This document shows positions 26,003 through 38,784 of a stretch of DNA of 64,000 bases, piece after piece. Numbering within the stretch: the first letter of the stretch is position 1; every line of letters begins with the position of its first letter. A program made the position numbers and the translations under genes. The stretch covers positions 86,366,001 to 86,430,000 of the forward strand of contig OZ024747.1 of assembly GCA_964016885.1 (NCBI GenBank), in the 5' to 3' direction. Origin of the DNA: Eledone cirrhosa. Its lineage: Eukaryota. Under the pieces are notes generated by a model that saw nothing but the letters and a program-made list of their open reading frames with translations, had not been told where the DNA came from and did no database searches.

Positions 26003-26118
26003 AAGCCAAATATTAATCTGGTGCGATCTCTAATAATATTTGGTGCTAATCTCAATGAACAAAACAACAGTCGTCACACTGCAAGACATTTGGCTGCCTT
26101 AATCAAGTCTGATGTTGG
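26003..26118 (+). CDS. PLA2G6: iPLA2-beta-like exon (ankyrin repeat)
   Basis: ctctag|...|gtatgt, phase 0/2; KPNINLVRSLIIFGANLNEQNNSRHTARHLAA. Confidence 0.9.
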
Positions 26119-26794
26119 GTATGTACTACTGATTCTTTGCCCTTTTTATCATCAACATCATCGTTTAACATCCATCTTCCACACTAGCATAGGTAGGACT
26201 TATATCCTTACATATATAATAATAATACTTTCTGTCAGGTAAGCATGCACCATGATAAAACAAACAATAACATGCTTCCTTTTCATCATATATGTATATA
26301 TTTGTGTGTAAATGGGACAGCCACACCTGTGCTACAAAGATATCTGCATGAAACTGTGCAACATCAACATCACCACCTGATAACGAAGCGTAGGTGATCA
26401 TGCAGCTTGGTGTCTTGCTGTCAGAAAGGGCTTACAGACAGCAAGGCAGACAAGGAGCAAGGACCTTGCTGACAAAAAGGGTGAGAAAGAAAGAGTAACA
26501 ACAACAGCCTCAACAGATGTTATTGTTTATCTGCAACAAATGCAGTAGAAACTGTATATTGGACTTTCGCATATTGGACTGTTCAGTCACTAACAAAAGT
26601 GTCAATGAATACATCTCTTGACACTACACCATTGTCTCTCATAGACAGGCAGATGTCAGTCATACATATATCTGTGTGTGTGTGTATATATATATATATT
26701 TACACCATACTATCTAAAGTATCGAGTACCCTGCTGAATAATTGGTTTACTAATTTAAAACTGGTAAAATCCTGATCTGTATATATATATATAT

Positions 26795-27050
26795 CATCAT
26801 CATTATCATCATTCTTTAATGTCCATCATCCACGCTAGCATGGGTTAGGTGGTTTTGTTCCATTTGATGCGGGAATGGTTGGGAGACTGTGTTTCGCTTG
26901 TACGGAAGTGTCTCTGCAGGTTTTTTTTACAGCTGGATGCCCTTCCTAACATCAACTGCATTTACAGTGTGGACTGGGACCCTTTTTACCGTGTCTCCTA
27001 CATGAGCACCTTACAGTGTGGACTGTTGTGTCATCGACACAGTGGACAGA
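26795..27050 (-). mobile_element. SINE family B (tail TAACCCATGCTAGC...GATGATG; internal AGGAAGGGCATCCAGCTGTA)
   Basis: Close copy at about 55850-56060; related pieces at 388-433, 52965-53080, 53700-53752, 58010-58150 and 63100-63268. Confidence 0.7.
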
Positions 27051-27159
27051 ATGGAAATGCAAGAGATGTCAACATGAATGGACCTGTTATTTTTATCTAA
27101 AGACATTTTCTCCAATTCCATTCCGCCCGTCCCCTCAAACTATTTTATTTCTCATTCTT

Positions 27160-27195
27160 TCTTCTGATGAAGGACTAGCGTCCAAAACGTTAAGA
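27160..27195 (+). ncRNA. Decayed minimal hammerhead ribozyme (G12 to A)
   Basis: TCTT-CTGATGA-a-GGAC-tagc-GTCC-AAAA-CGTT-AAGA. Confidence 0.55.
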
Positions 27196-27339
27196 CCCTC
27201 TTCCTGCTATATCAAGCGTTAACCTAATATATACCTTCCATATACTGTACCGATTGTGTTGTTATTTCTGTTTACCTTTTACATACACATATATATATGC
27301 AGCTTAGATACAGAAAGTAACTGTAAACACAGTTGACTG

Positions 27340-28050
27340 CTATAAATAAAAATGGGTAAAAAAGCACTTAATGCTGTTGAGGCATTCTTTGAAGCACATT
27401 TGGGGGTGCCCTATAGATCCCAACATTGTGCACAGAACCTGATTCACAGTAGCCATTAGAGAATATGTCATTTGTGTCTGCCATAAAAGAATCATGCAGG
27501 AAAATGACAGTTGTGCCCATTCTTCTGCCAACATGATCCGTGCAAATGGCTGTAAAATTCCTTACCCTCACTTTGGCTTTGAAGTGGGAATTGTCGAGAT
27601 GGGTCTCAGTTAGATGAAGAAAGGGATATGATCTGGATGGTCGGCAACTCAATCCTCAATGAACTGAATCTTCCATTTTTGTGCATTGATGGCAGATTGA
27701 GTCTTCCTTGGACCAAAACTGTTTTGCCTGCCTTTGTTGTGCTTCACAACGAAACAGTGGCACATGGCTCAATTTGGTGCCCTCCTCATCAACTGGTTCT
27801 CTTCTTGATGATCAGTGCACTTCCATTAGAGTGGCCTAGCACCCCGATCTCTGCATGCGTGAGCCACACAAATGCCGATGTGGAGCTGTTGTTGACAAGT
27901 TAGCTCTGTACCCGCTATCATGCCACCTAAGCCCAAACTGGTTCCCCTGTAAGGTGATTGTCCTGGCGCCACAACAAAATGTACCAAGTCCACCCTATAA
28001 GATGCTAGTAATGGTGTCACAGTAATCTCTGAAGTTGTAGGCATTAGTAG
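27340..28050 (-). pseudogene. Degenerate LINE fragment (APE endonuclease N-terminus-like)
   Basis: Minus-strand peptide PFLHLTETHLDNSHFKAKVRVRNFTAICTDHVGRRMGTTVIFLHD resembles the LINE APE TET...DR...GGGV..Y region. Confidence 0.4.
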
Positions 28051-28209
28051 GGTCATAGAAAACTAAGCCCAAAACAGAGCATATGAGCAAGATATGGTCA
28101 CATGACCTGTCTGGTCTCATAATGTGACAACATGTCTAACCCATGCAAACATAGAAAATAGACAATGTCAATGTTTTTTTTTAATATCTATTTCTATTAT
28201 CTAAACTAG

Positions 28210-28361
28210 ACATGAAATTGTTCATATACTAAATGAAAGTGGTGCAGCCCGCTGTGGAAATGATGTGTCTGGCTGTTTTGGAGGCTGTGTAGCCGGAGGT
28301 AGTTACAACGGATTTATGAAGACAAAACATTTGGTGAATAATGTGAAAGATGATTCCGATG
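28210..28361 (+). CDS. PLA2G6: iPLA2-beta-like exon (Cys-containing linker)
   Basis: actag|...|gttagt, phase 2/1 matching neighbours; HEIVHILNESGAARCGNDVSGCFGGC. Confidence 0.85.
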
Positions 28362-28481
28362 GTTAGTCTGTGATTCTGGTTTTGTTCTAACTCACCTTCC
28401 ACTCAACCATACTTCTGTTAACACTTTTGATACCCAAGCCGCTTAAAACCACCCCTTGTTCTACAATAGTAGACTGTTTAA

Positions 28482-28795
28482 CCCTTTAGCATTTACATTA
28501 CTCTATATTTACTATTATATTTTTGTGGTAAAGGATTGATCTCACATAATATCAAATCTATGAGTTTTTGATGTTATTTATTTTGAGAACACTATCTTAA
28601 TGTCAATATGAGTGGCCAGTTACAGCTGGTTTGAACAGAAAGAGGTGAGAGAATTCTGGCTGGATACGGCCGGTTTAATAATAATAATGAAATTATTGTG
28701 TACAGTGCTCAGGTGCACTACAACTCATCAAAGGTTCATGAATAGTACATAGAATAATGTACAAATGTCAGGAAAATGAACAAAATGCTAAAGGG
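28482..28795. mobile_element. piggyBac-type MITE with a nested CR1 3' fragment
   Basis: TTAA|CCCTTTAGCATTT ... AAATGCTAAAGGG|TTAA (13-bp TIR, TTAA TSD); minus-strand CR1 tail at about 28677-28781; homologous left end at about 53480. Confidence 0.8.
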
Positions 28796-29712
28796 TTAAA
28801 GAATGTTTATATTTATCTAGAAACCTTCAAACCTTTCTTAAGTTATGTTTCAAATGCCAGCTAAATAAATAGAAAGTTAAATTAAATTACTAAATCTCTC
28901 AAAATTCTGGATTATTTTCAAAATGATTTTGAAATTATAGGCAGTCTTTCAGAAGAAATATGGTAATGACAAACCTCATTACCTTTTGTTTCTGCTGCTG
29001 TCCTCTCTCACCCTGTTACCTTCCTCTCTTTCCTGTACCTTCTTTAACCCTTTCATTACTAAACTACTTGGAGTAGGTCAAAATTTCCCTTATCTTGTTA
29101 CCAAACTGCCCCAAACCAGCCATAATATATTCATATTTGAATGAAAATATCAATGCAAATCTTGTTACTATGTCTATAATAACATGTGATTTCACTTGAT
29201 AGATATTATCCAACATTTTTTAATGTGAAATCTTTATTTTCTGAATTTTTGTATTTTTTTTTCTACATGAAAATTTTAAAAGCATGCCATGCCATTTACT
29301 CATCATTTTATATCTGGTATTTGTTATGCACTCCCTTCAAATCCTGCCATAATTAACTTGCCATTCACCTTTCCAGGACTATTAAAATAAAGTACCTGTC
29401 AAGTACTGGACTTATATAATTGACTTCTTCCTCACCAATTGCTAGCCTTGTGCCTAAATTAAAAACAATTATTAGTATTATTATTATAAGAATGGTGTAT
29501 TGGCAGGATTTTTAAGTCAGATAAAACACCTTTGTGGTATTTCTTTCTGCACTTTACTTTCTGAGTTCAAATCTTGCAAAGGTCAAATTTGCTTTTCATC
29601 CTTTTTGGGTTGATGAAATAAAGTAGTGGGGTCAATATAATTGACTTTCCTCTTCCTCCAAATTTCTGGCCAGCCTTGTGTTAATGTTAGAAAGAATTAG
29701 CATTATTATTAA

Positions 29713-30030
29713 CATGAAAAACAGCACAGCTCCCATGACTTTCAGAAACATTTTTTCACACTCAGAGTTGCTGAAGCATGGAACAAACTACCTGCATCAG
29801 TTATTAGCTGTCGAGACACTGCACCCTTTAAAACTTCCATGCTTCCTGAGATTCGCCAACACTACACCTAATATCCCCCCTCCACACACACACACACACA
29901 TGTATATCATGACTCATGCACTATTCACTTTCCTGACATTTGTATATTATTCTATGTACTATACATGCACCTTTGATGAGATGTAGTGCACCTGAGCACT
30001 GTACACAATAATTTCATTATTATTATTATA
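29713..30030 (+). mobile_element. CR1-clade LINE 3' fragment with (ATT)n tail
   Basis: Matches the 3' ends of the copies at 39017-40141 and 48978-52095. Confidence 0.85.
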
Positions 30031-30048
30031 TGACATTTTCTATTGCAG

Positions 30049-30116
30049 CTGCCTTCAGTGAATTATTAATAGGGAGAGTTCTACCTAAACGTGATACTAA
30101 TGTGAGAGGTAGTAGA
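30049..30116 (+). CDS. PLA2G6: iPLA2-beta-like short linker exon
   Basis: ttgcag|...|gtaagt, phase 1/0, needed to join the flanking exons; AFSELLIGRVLPKRDTNVRGSR. Confidence 0.8.
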
Positions 30117-30524
30117 GTAAGTGGTAGACTTTTTTCAATTTGTTTTTATTATCCTCTGTCTGTGTGTGTATATCTTAGCTCTTTTGATTCCAAACTGCCT
30201 AAAACTGACCTTTTGTTCTACAGTATAAAACTAATTTTAAACTATTTATATTTATCTAAAAATCATCCATTTTAGTTTTATGTAAGAACCTTTGTCAAGT
30301 TATATTCCAAACACCAATTTAATAATGTGAAAGTTAGTTATATTACTAAATCCTTCCAAATTCTAGATTAATTTAAAAATTATTTAAAAGTCATAGGTAG
30401 TGTCTTTCATTAGAGATATGGTTATGAAAGAGTTAAAAGAATAAAGTGTACCAAGTTACGTATTTATTTTCTATTTCTTTCACATGTAATCTTTTACTGT
30501 GCATTTATTGACCCCTAATTTTAG

Positions 30525-30678
30525 CTCCTGTGCCTTGATGGTGGTGGTGTCAAAGGGTTAATAACAATCCAAATGTTGATTGAAATTGAGAAACTTGTTG
30601 GTAAACCAATCCAAGAATGTTTTGACTGGATTGCTGGAACAAGTACTGGAGGCATCCTTGCTTTAGCAATAGCTCAAG
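30525..30678 (+). CDS. PLA2G6: iPLA2-beta-like exon, patatin domain start (oxyanion loop and catalytic Ser)
   Basis: [12 protein letters not shown]...[17 protein letters not shown]; ttag|...|gtcagt, phase 0/1. Confidence 0.97.
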
Positions 30679-32289
30679 GTCAGTATCTTTTTAATATTAT
30701 ACTTACTTTTCTTCCATAGTTTATACATATGTTTGTATCATCATCATCATTATCATCATCATCATCATCATTTAACAACTGCTTTTCTTGCTAGTAAGGA
30801 TTGGACAGGTCTTCCTTGACTGAGTCAGTACTGAAGCAGGTCTAATGACTTCCCAGAGAGGTCAGGAATCTGTATCTGTATTTTGCCTTCATATGGTCTT
30901 ATGCTCTACTGTGTGCAATTTATCATGGCACCAACACAAGAGAGGTTGTCATGTCTTTGACACAACTGTTGGTCCTTTTAACCTTTTGTTTAGTAAGCTT
31001 TCTATGGCTGGATGATCTTCCTATATCAAACCACTTTACATTGTGTACTTAGTACTTTTATCATGTAGATCACCAACACTAGAGAGGTTATCGCACCATT
31101 GACACAACTGAAGGGTCCTCTCAACCATATTAGGCATGGTTTCTACAGCCGGTTGTAACTTTCTGTTACCAACCACCTTACAAGGTGTACCAAGTGCATT
31201 TTCATAGCACCAACACTAGAGATGTTGTTTGTCATTCTCCCAACTGAAGAGCCCCCCCCCCCCCCCCCTCTCTGTGGGAATTGGGGGTGAAGAGGAGAAG
31301 GGAGATAGGTATGGAGTTAATTGACAAGATGATGATGAAGGAAGAAGGAGGAACTTAATAGCATTGCGAGAGAGGTGATGTAGTGGTGAGAATTCCTTAG
31401 CAGATATAGGGGTGAGTGTGTGTAGATGGTGTGATCAATAGTATGGGGTGGTGGATGTCATGAATGGGGAAGTATAGTGATGGAGAGAATAGCTAAAGAG
31501 TCGATAATGAAAGTTGACTGCACAGGGGTGGCGAGAGTAGCTACTAGTGTGTGATAATCTAAGGGCTTTAAAGGGAGCAGTAGTTAATTAGTGATCCTGG
31601 AGGGGCAATGTGTATATATATCTATATATATATATGTGTGTACACACACACTATTTTACCTGTTTCAGCCATCCGGTGAAGGCCATGCTGGGGCACTGTC
31701 TTTATATATGTATATATATATATATATATATTTTTTTTTTTCCTCAACTAATGTTTATAGTGATTAACTATTGGGATGCACACATTTCAAATTTAACATT
31801 TTCCCAATGCTTCCTAAGTCAGCTGCTTTGTTTACATTATAGCTCCAGGTTTACAATCTTCTATAACGACAGAATTGATTGCCAGCAACTCTTTAATATT
31901 GTGGTTAACACATCTGCCTGGCATCTGGGAGATGTGGAGTTCAATACCTTGCAGACACTTCTCTCTCTCGCTTTCTTCTTATCACCTACTACTTTACGAA
32001 GTATACTGGATACATTTATCGTGGGGTTGTCATATATTTCACATGACAGAAGTGTCTTATCAACCCTATTTTTGCATGGTTTCTATAGCTGGATGCCCTT
32101 CCTAATGCCAGCCACTTAAGAGTGCATTAGCTGCACCATTTATCATGGCACCAGCACAAAGTCTTTGTTTTCCTTGTATAATAAATTGCTATGAAAACAC
32201 TTTCTGTCCAAATCGTGTGCACATCCCTGTACCAACACAGAACTCCTGATTCTCAGTGTTCTCTTGAATGGTTCATGGTTTTATTGCAG

Positions 32290-32440
32290 GTAAATCATTG
32301 ATGTATTGCAAAAGTTTATATTTCCGGATGAAAAATGAGATCTTTTGTGGGAAACGACCATATTCCTCAGAGAAACTGGAACAAGTATTGAAGGAAGAAT
32401 TTGGTGAACACACAGTCATGGCAGATTTGAAAAAGCCCAA
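32290..32440 (+). CDS. PLA2G6: iPLA2-beta-like exon
   Basis: [51 protein letters not shown]; phase 1/2. Confidence 0.95.
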
Positions 32441-32468
32441 GTAAGAAACACATTTCTTCAGATTGTGT

Positions 32469-32535
<67 letters not shown>

Positions 32536-33891
32536 GTTGTCAAGTATGAAATTTGTAGAAAAAACAAATTTCTACAAATTTCATTCTTGACGACCCAATA
32601 TATATATGTTAGGTGTGCGTTACAACAGTTACAGGCAGTGCGCTGTTTGAAGTACTCAATGCTGTTACGAGGTCCATTTCTGTGGACTATAAATATCACA
32701 GTGTTCTTTGCTTTTATATGGTTGTATTATCAGCTCATTTAAACTTGTTTATATATATGTGTGTGAGTGTGTATAAAGAGAGAGACACACAGACATACAC
32801 ATATAGTTCAAGAATAAACAAGACAAACACAAAGACATTTTAGTTTGATGTTTAGAAATGAAGAGTAATAAATGTTTCAATACATTGGGCATTAGTCATT
32901 TATCAGGTAAGAGAAATTTTTGGAGAGAGAGGAGGGTGGCAGAATGAAGGTTGGAAGGTTAGAAAAAAATAAGAGATCTTTTTTAAGATGAGTGAGGAGA
33001 GCAGGAAAATAGTCTGGTGTGTGGAGATGGGGGCTGAGTTGGAGAGTCCAGGTGTTTCACTGGTACTGTTATGTAGGTGCAGATGGAGAACATTTTGTGG
33101 GTGTGCATATCATTGATATTATTTCTCCCTTGTGCACGCACATGTGTGTGTCTATATTTATGTTTGAGTGTGTGTGTGGGTATGTTTATGGGTGTGATCA
33201 GTGTTTGGGTGAGTTTTTGCAGTTATTAGTGTGTATATGTGTGTGTGTTTATGCATGTTTAAGCATAAGCTTGTAAGAATGTCTTGCCATAAGTTATTGT
33301 TTTGTCTTGTCTCTTACTCCATGGACAGTGCTTTGGCTTTTGTCAGATGCTGTGACCCCTGGTGGACCAGCAGTAATCTTGGTAGGGGTTGAAACTACCA
33401 AAGTCCATCTTAAAGGCTGAAAACCCTGGAGTTCTGTGTCTTTTGTTTGTATTTTTATTTTCAATAAATAACTTTTTAAGCTTTCCACTTTTTCGTTTTA
33501 CCTTGCTTCTGTTCATTGCCTTGTATTCACTTTAATTTTCCTAAGTTTATTATTATTAATCTGTGACGCATGTGTTCTCTCTTCTCCTACCCTCCCAATA
33601 ATTTCAACAATTTGCATTTATCACGATATCCTACTTTCTTCTTCTTGCCTTCTTTCCTTTCTTTTTCCTTTTTCTTTTGTTTGTCTCGCGAGACTTTCAT
33701 GCTATAACAAATACAATACCTTCTCCCTGACATCACATAAAATTCTATGTGTACATGTTATAGCTTAATTGCTAAAAGGTATTCTTTTGTCTTGTCTCTT
33801 AGACCACAGACAGTGCTTAATCTACACGTTCTATTAACTCCTCCTTTTCCTACTTCATATTTTTTTTATTCATAAAAGTTTCCTTTTCCAG

Positions 33892-34016
33892 AGTAATAGT
33901 AACAACTGCCATAGCCGACCAGATTCCACCCAAACTACATTTATTCCAGAATTACACTTACTCATTAACTTTACCTAACAACAAACAGCATCAGCCTGAC
34001 AAGACACCTATTCAGT
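33892..34016 (+). CDS. PLA2G6: iPLA2-beta-like exon
   Basis: VIVTTAIADQIPPKLHLFQNY; ttccag|...|gtaagt, phase 2/1. Confidence 0.92.
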
Positions 34017-34559
34017 GTAAGTATGGGAGACAACTGTGAATGTGTTTCTGCCTTTTCTACCTTCCACAGTGAAGTTTATATCCTATACTGATAAAGCTAG
34101 GTCATGTGTTGTGGAAGGATGAAAATGACTGGGTGATAGAAGTACAAAGAAGACCAAGAAAGACATGGGTAAGGATGATAGAGGGGAATATCAATGCCAG
34201 GGCTTTGGTGAGAAGGGGGGGGGGGGGACAAAAATGAAGAGACTTGAAACTGAAAGGATAATCAGCTTTAGCAGGAAAAGGGCTTTAAGACACTTGTAAG
34301 TATATATCTTCACTGTAATTTACTGAATTAGTTGTGATGTACATATGGCTTGTAACAACACTGGTGCCAAGCTGTATTGGCCTTCGTCTTTTCTTTTGAT
34401 AAGTGTGACTGCTGGTCTTCCACACTTTCTATGTGCAGATTCATGAACTCATGAGATGTGGGGGGGTCTCTAGATTTAATTATCATTTGCTATATGGAAT
34501 AAATTATGTAAATTTTGTATTTATTATTGTACAATTATGTGGTTTTCTTCATGTTTCAG

Positions 34560-34714
34560 CTCAGAAAGTGTGGCATGCTGCTCGTTGTTCAGGTGCGGCT
34601 CCAACATTCTTTCGATCATGTGGCAAATATTTAGATGGAGGTCTGATGAGCAACAACCCAACCCTTGACGCACTCACTGAAATACACCATTACAACCTTG
34701 CAATGGAACAAAAT
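34560..34714 (+). CDS. PLA2G6: iPLA2-beta-like exon (catalytic Asp, DGG motif)
   Basis: [40 protein letters not shown]; phase 1/0. Confidence 0.97.
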
Positions 34715-35850
34715 GTAAATTTCACGTCAGAATATTTTCACCTTTTGATATCAACCTATACTTGATTCTATGATACAAAACTCATTTTAAAAAAAATATG
34801 TCCATACTTAAATTAAAACCTGTTATAATTTATTTTTAAGAAGCTTTTGTTAAATAATGTTCCAAACATCTGCCTAATTCCTTTAATACCAACCTGTGCC
34901 TGAAACTGTCCCTGGCTCTATGACACCAAACTCCCCATTTTAAAGTGTTCATAGTTAGATTAAAACCTTGCATTGTAATTTTATTTAAGAATCTTTTGTA
35001 TAAATTTAAATAAATAGGAAAAGCAATGCCTAAACTATAGGAAAAGTGATGATAAATATGATGGTTGATATTATTATCATTGTCATCCTCCTCTATCTTC
35101 TGCAGAATTGTTAGAGCATCAGATAAAATGCTTTGTGACATTTGTTCTTGTCTAAGTTTTAAATTCAAATCCCACTGAGGTCAACTTTGCCTTTTATCCT
35201 TCCTCGGTTAATAAATAAAATACCAGTCCAAGAGCAGTAGTGGATTGGTGATCCTGATAAAGCAGTGTATGGAATGACTTGGGGTATCTGTTTTGGCTCC
35301 ATATGTTGTCAGTTCAAATCCTGACACCAGAAAAGTATGGATGTTTCTGCCAAGACATTCAACCAACAGATATTATGAGCTATGGAAAGAGCATTGGTGA
35401 CATTGTTTCTTTGGTTTGATCTAAAGATCAACTCTTTCCTTCCATCTACAAGAAAGCCAAATCCCTTTTCTGTACAGACAGAGAATACTCATGAAACTTC
35501 ATTAATAAGACATTCTTGAAAAGTACAAAACAGCACTATGATTGTATCCTCATCATCATCATTTTACATCCGTTTTTTCCATCCTTGCACAGGTTTGATG
35601 GATCTTTGCCAGCACAGCACCTCTCCACTTGCTGCAGTCTGTATTCTAATACTAGCTTTCAACAGCAATCTGTCCACTAGTAAAAGATACTATAAACATT
35701 TGAATCTCTAATACTACAATTTTTCACAATCTGATACTATCACCATTTGAATTAACAAACTTGGTTTTAAATATTTTCTGCTAAATCTTTATAGAATGTT
35801 AAAAGTTAACTTATGTTAATAGATATTCTAAAAGTGTCAGTTTATTTCAG

Positions 35851-36012
35851 AACTTACCGATACAACCAATAGATTGTGTTGTCTCCCTTGGCACTGGCCG
35901 TGCACCAACTGTTAAAATTAACAGTATGGATGTATTCCTTCCTGAAAATGTTTTTGATCTTGCCATCTGTGCTGTGAGGAGTTTAGCACTGAAAGACCTC
36001 ATTGTTCATCAG
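35851..36012 (+). CDS. PLA2G6: iPLA2-beta-like exon
   Basis: VVSLGTGRAPTVKINSMDVFLPEN; tttcag|...|gttagt, phase 0/0. Confidence 0.95.
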
Positions 36013-36033
36013 GTTAGTATACACCTTCTTCAA

Positions 36034-36070
<37 letters not shown>

Positions 36071-36247
36071 CTGCTCTACCTTTCACCAAGTTGTCTGTCT
36101 GTTTTTCTCTCTCTGAAAAAATATATCCATGAAGTAAGTGCATAAAGTACCAGTAATACACTGAGGTTAATTTAATCGACTTTTCCTTTCCCTTCAAATT
36201 GCTGGCCTTGTGCTAAATGTAGAAACAATTATTGTTATTATTTCTAG

Positions 36248-36466
36248 GTGACTAACACTGATGATCAACCTGTCCAACAAGCAAGATCCTGGTGCTCTAT
36301 GTTGAACATTCCATATTTCCGATTCAACCCTCCACAAAGTGAAGACCTTTCTTTGGATTGCCACGACAGCGAAAAGATAATAGACATGATGTGGGAAACT
36401 ATGTGTTATTGTAATGCCAACAAATCAAAGTTTCAAAGTCTTGCAAATATTCTACACAATTCGTAA
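36248..36466 (+). CDS. PLA2G6: iPLA2-beta-like last coding exon (TAA stop)
   Basis: VQQARSWCSMLNIPYFRFNP...MMWETMCY, matching the iPLA2-beta C-terminus. Confidence 0.95.
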   Translation: MTNTDDQPVQQARSWCSMLNIPYFRFNPPQSEDLSLDCHDSEKIIDMMWETMCYCNANKSKFQSLANILHNS

Positions 36467-36564
36467 CATTGGACTTTGCTTAATTTCAACTAATTTTCAA
36501 TATCATTTTTATGTCAAAATATTTTTCTTGTTTTCTATTCTCTTCACACAAAAAAGAATTTTGT

Positions 36565-36660
36565 AATAAACTGGATATATTTTTATTGTTTGATTGTGAA
36601 TACAAAGGAAGAAATATAAATATATTTTCTGTTATAGAAACTAAATTTAGTTTCAATAAA
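36565..36660 (+). terminator. Candidate polyadenylation signals (AATAAA at 36565 and 36655)
   Basis: Canonical hexamers 100-190 nt after the stop, but in AT-rich sequence. Confidence 0.45.
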
Positions 36661-36849
36661 TAAATATTATTTCATACATCATGAAAATATAAATAATTGA
36701 CACATATTGTTGATATTGGTTTCTCTCTTGTCCTACACAAATGTTTTAAGGGCCTTGAAGGCACCATGATAAGCATCATACTCATCTTAAGGTCCTTTTT
36801 GAGGCAATGTTTTACAATCAGATGCATCATTTATATACATATGCACCAC

Positions 36850-38375
36850 AGTCAAGACTAAGTAAAGAACAAAAGGACCGTTTCTATGAAGATGTCTTAC
36901 AGACTTCAATAACAGATGACAGACCTTGTCATTCTGGCTGATGTCTTCAATAGACATTGGCTTGCACCAGAATGGCTATGTGGACCTTACCATTTGTGAC
37001 ACTAACTTTAGGAATCAAGCCAGCCAACTGATCACTTCCAAATCAGGGGAGTATGCAAGCCAGCTTCACTTCATGCTTGTTAGAAAATGTGATAGACAGA
37101 TGGTTCTGAATAAGTTCCTTCTCAGATAAGAATGCACCACCCAACACAAATTAGTTATTAGTGACATCAGAATAAGAATAATACAAAATCAGAAATGGAG
37201 GACAATCTGGAAAAGGAAGGTATGGAAGCTAAGGGACCTTTCTGTTAAATATAAGTTTGGAAAAGCTCTATTGGGTGTATACGAGAGGAAGGAGGAGATA
37301 AACACATGACAGAGTGGTCAAGTAGAAATTTCTAAGGGACAACCTGCTTCAAACTACTGATGAAATCCATGGCCTACTAAGGTATTAACCAGCTGAAAGA
37401 GGACTTGTTAGTGGAACAGTACAGTAGATAAAGACATTAAAGCTATGAGACAGGCTTGGAAAGATTGGGAAAATAGGGGCAGCAAAAAGCTAAAAAGCAA
37501 GTAGCTAAAAGGAGCTAGACAACAGGTTTACATAGCATATATATAAGCAAGAGGTTTGCCAATGTGCTGTCATGTGTAGATCAGGGGCATGTGGTGTTCT
37601 GCATTACAGACTAATGTGTGTTCAGAATATCATTGGTGCTCTTAGTTTTGATGATGTTCAGAAGAAAGTGTTTTGGGAATGAGAGGTTGATAAATCTGAA
37701 GAAAGGGATTTTCCCTAGTAAACTCAACAGAGGGACTTACTGTTGAAATAGACAGTATAGGGTCAAAGATGCAATCAGGAAGATGATAATTGGTGCTGCA
37801 ATCATCTGGTGAAGTAGAATTCAAGCTAGTCACTCAATAGTTGATAAGGTCATACATAACGGTTTCATATGCAATGACTGGCATAGCAGTATAATCATTA
37901 AATGTTAAAGGGAGAAGGTGGTGTTCTAGAAACGAATAACTACAGTGGCATAAAACTCATGGATCCAGTTATGAAGATAGTAGGAAAAGCATCGGCACAA
38001 CTAATTAAGGAAAAAGTCAAATTAGATGGGATGCAGTTCGACTTTGTGCCAAAGAGCACACAAATGATCTCTTCTTAGTGAGACAACTACAAGAGAAGCT
38101 CCTAGCTGAGTGTAAGTTGTTATACCTAGCTTTTGTAGATCCGGAGAAGTCCTTTGATTGAGCATCACTATCTGTTAACTAGTGGTTCTTATGGAACTGA
38201 GTGTAATTGAGTGGCTTGTGAGAGTAATACAAACCTTATACAAAAGATGCTGTCAGTAAAGTGAGAGTAGGTAATGAGTTTATTGAGGTATTCAATGTGC
38301 AGGTATTCATGATAGTTCAGTCTTCAGTCCACTGTTGTTTATTATAGTGCTGCAAGTCATAACAGAGGAGTTTAT
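36850..38375 (+). pseudogene. Heavily degenerate RTE-clade LINE (APE/RT remnants)
   Basis: Recognisable peptide remnants RQLQEKLLA..LYLAFVDPEKSFD and SVFSPLLFIIVL, with many stops. Confidence 0.7.
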
Positions 38376-38784
38376 GGAGTATATGTGTTTATATATATAC
38401 ACACTCATGCATTCATTACACTATAATGTATATTTATAGCCACAAAGTCCTCGGTTCTAGTCCTACATTTGACCTTGTAAAAAGTTATTTCTCCTAAGTT
38501 ACTCATACATTTATCCCTGTAAGTCATCTGTCCATATATACTGAACATTTATGTTATTATATTCTAGAAATACATTATTAAAATATCATTTTCACCTTTA
38601 ATCATTTCTATGCGTCAGTAATCAACATAGGGTTTTTCTTATGTAAGTAACTTATAAAAAATATGAACTTCTAAATTTGGAGATGATTATCCAGTAATCC
38701 TCGTAAATTTTACATATTAAACCTCGTCTTTAAAAATTAAATACCTTCAATACTATTACTGAGATTATTAATGGCATTGTTGCT

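Noticed and set aside
32868-32908. Minus-strand CTGATAA...GAAACAT hammerhead-like remnant
   Set aside because: G8 is lost without compensation, and helices I and II do not pair convincingly.
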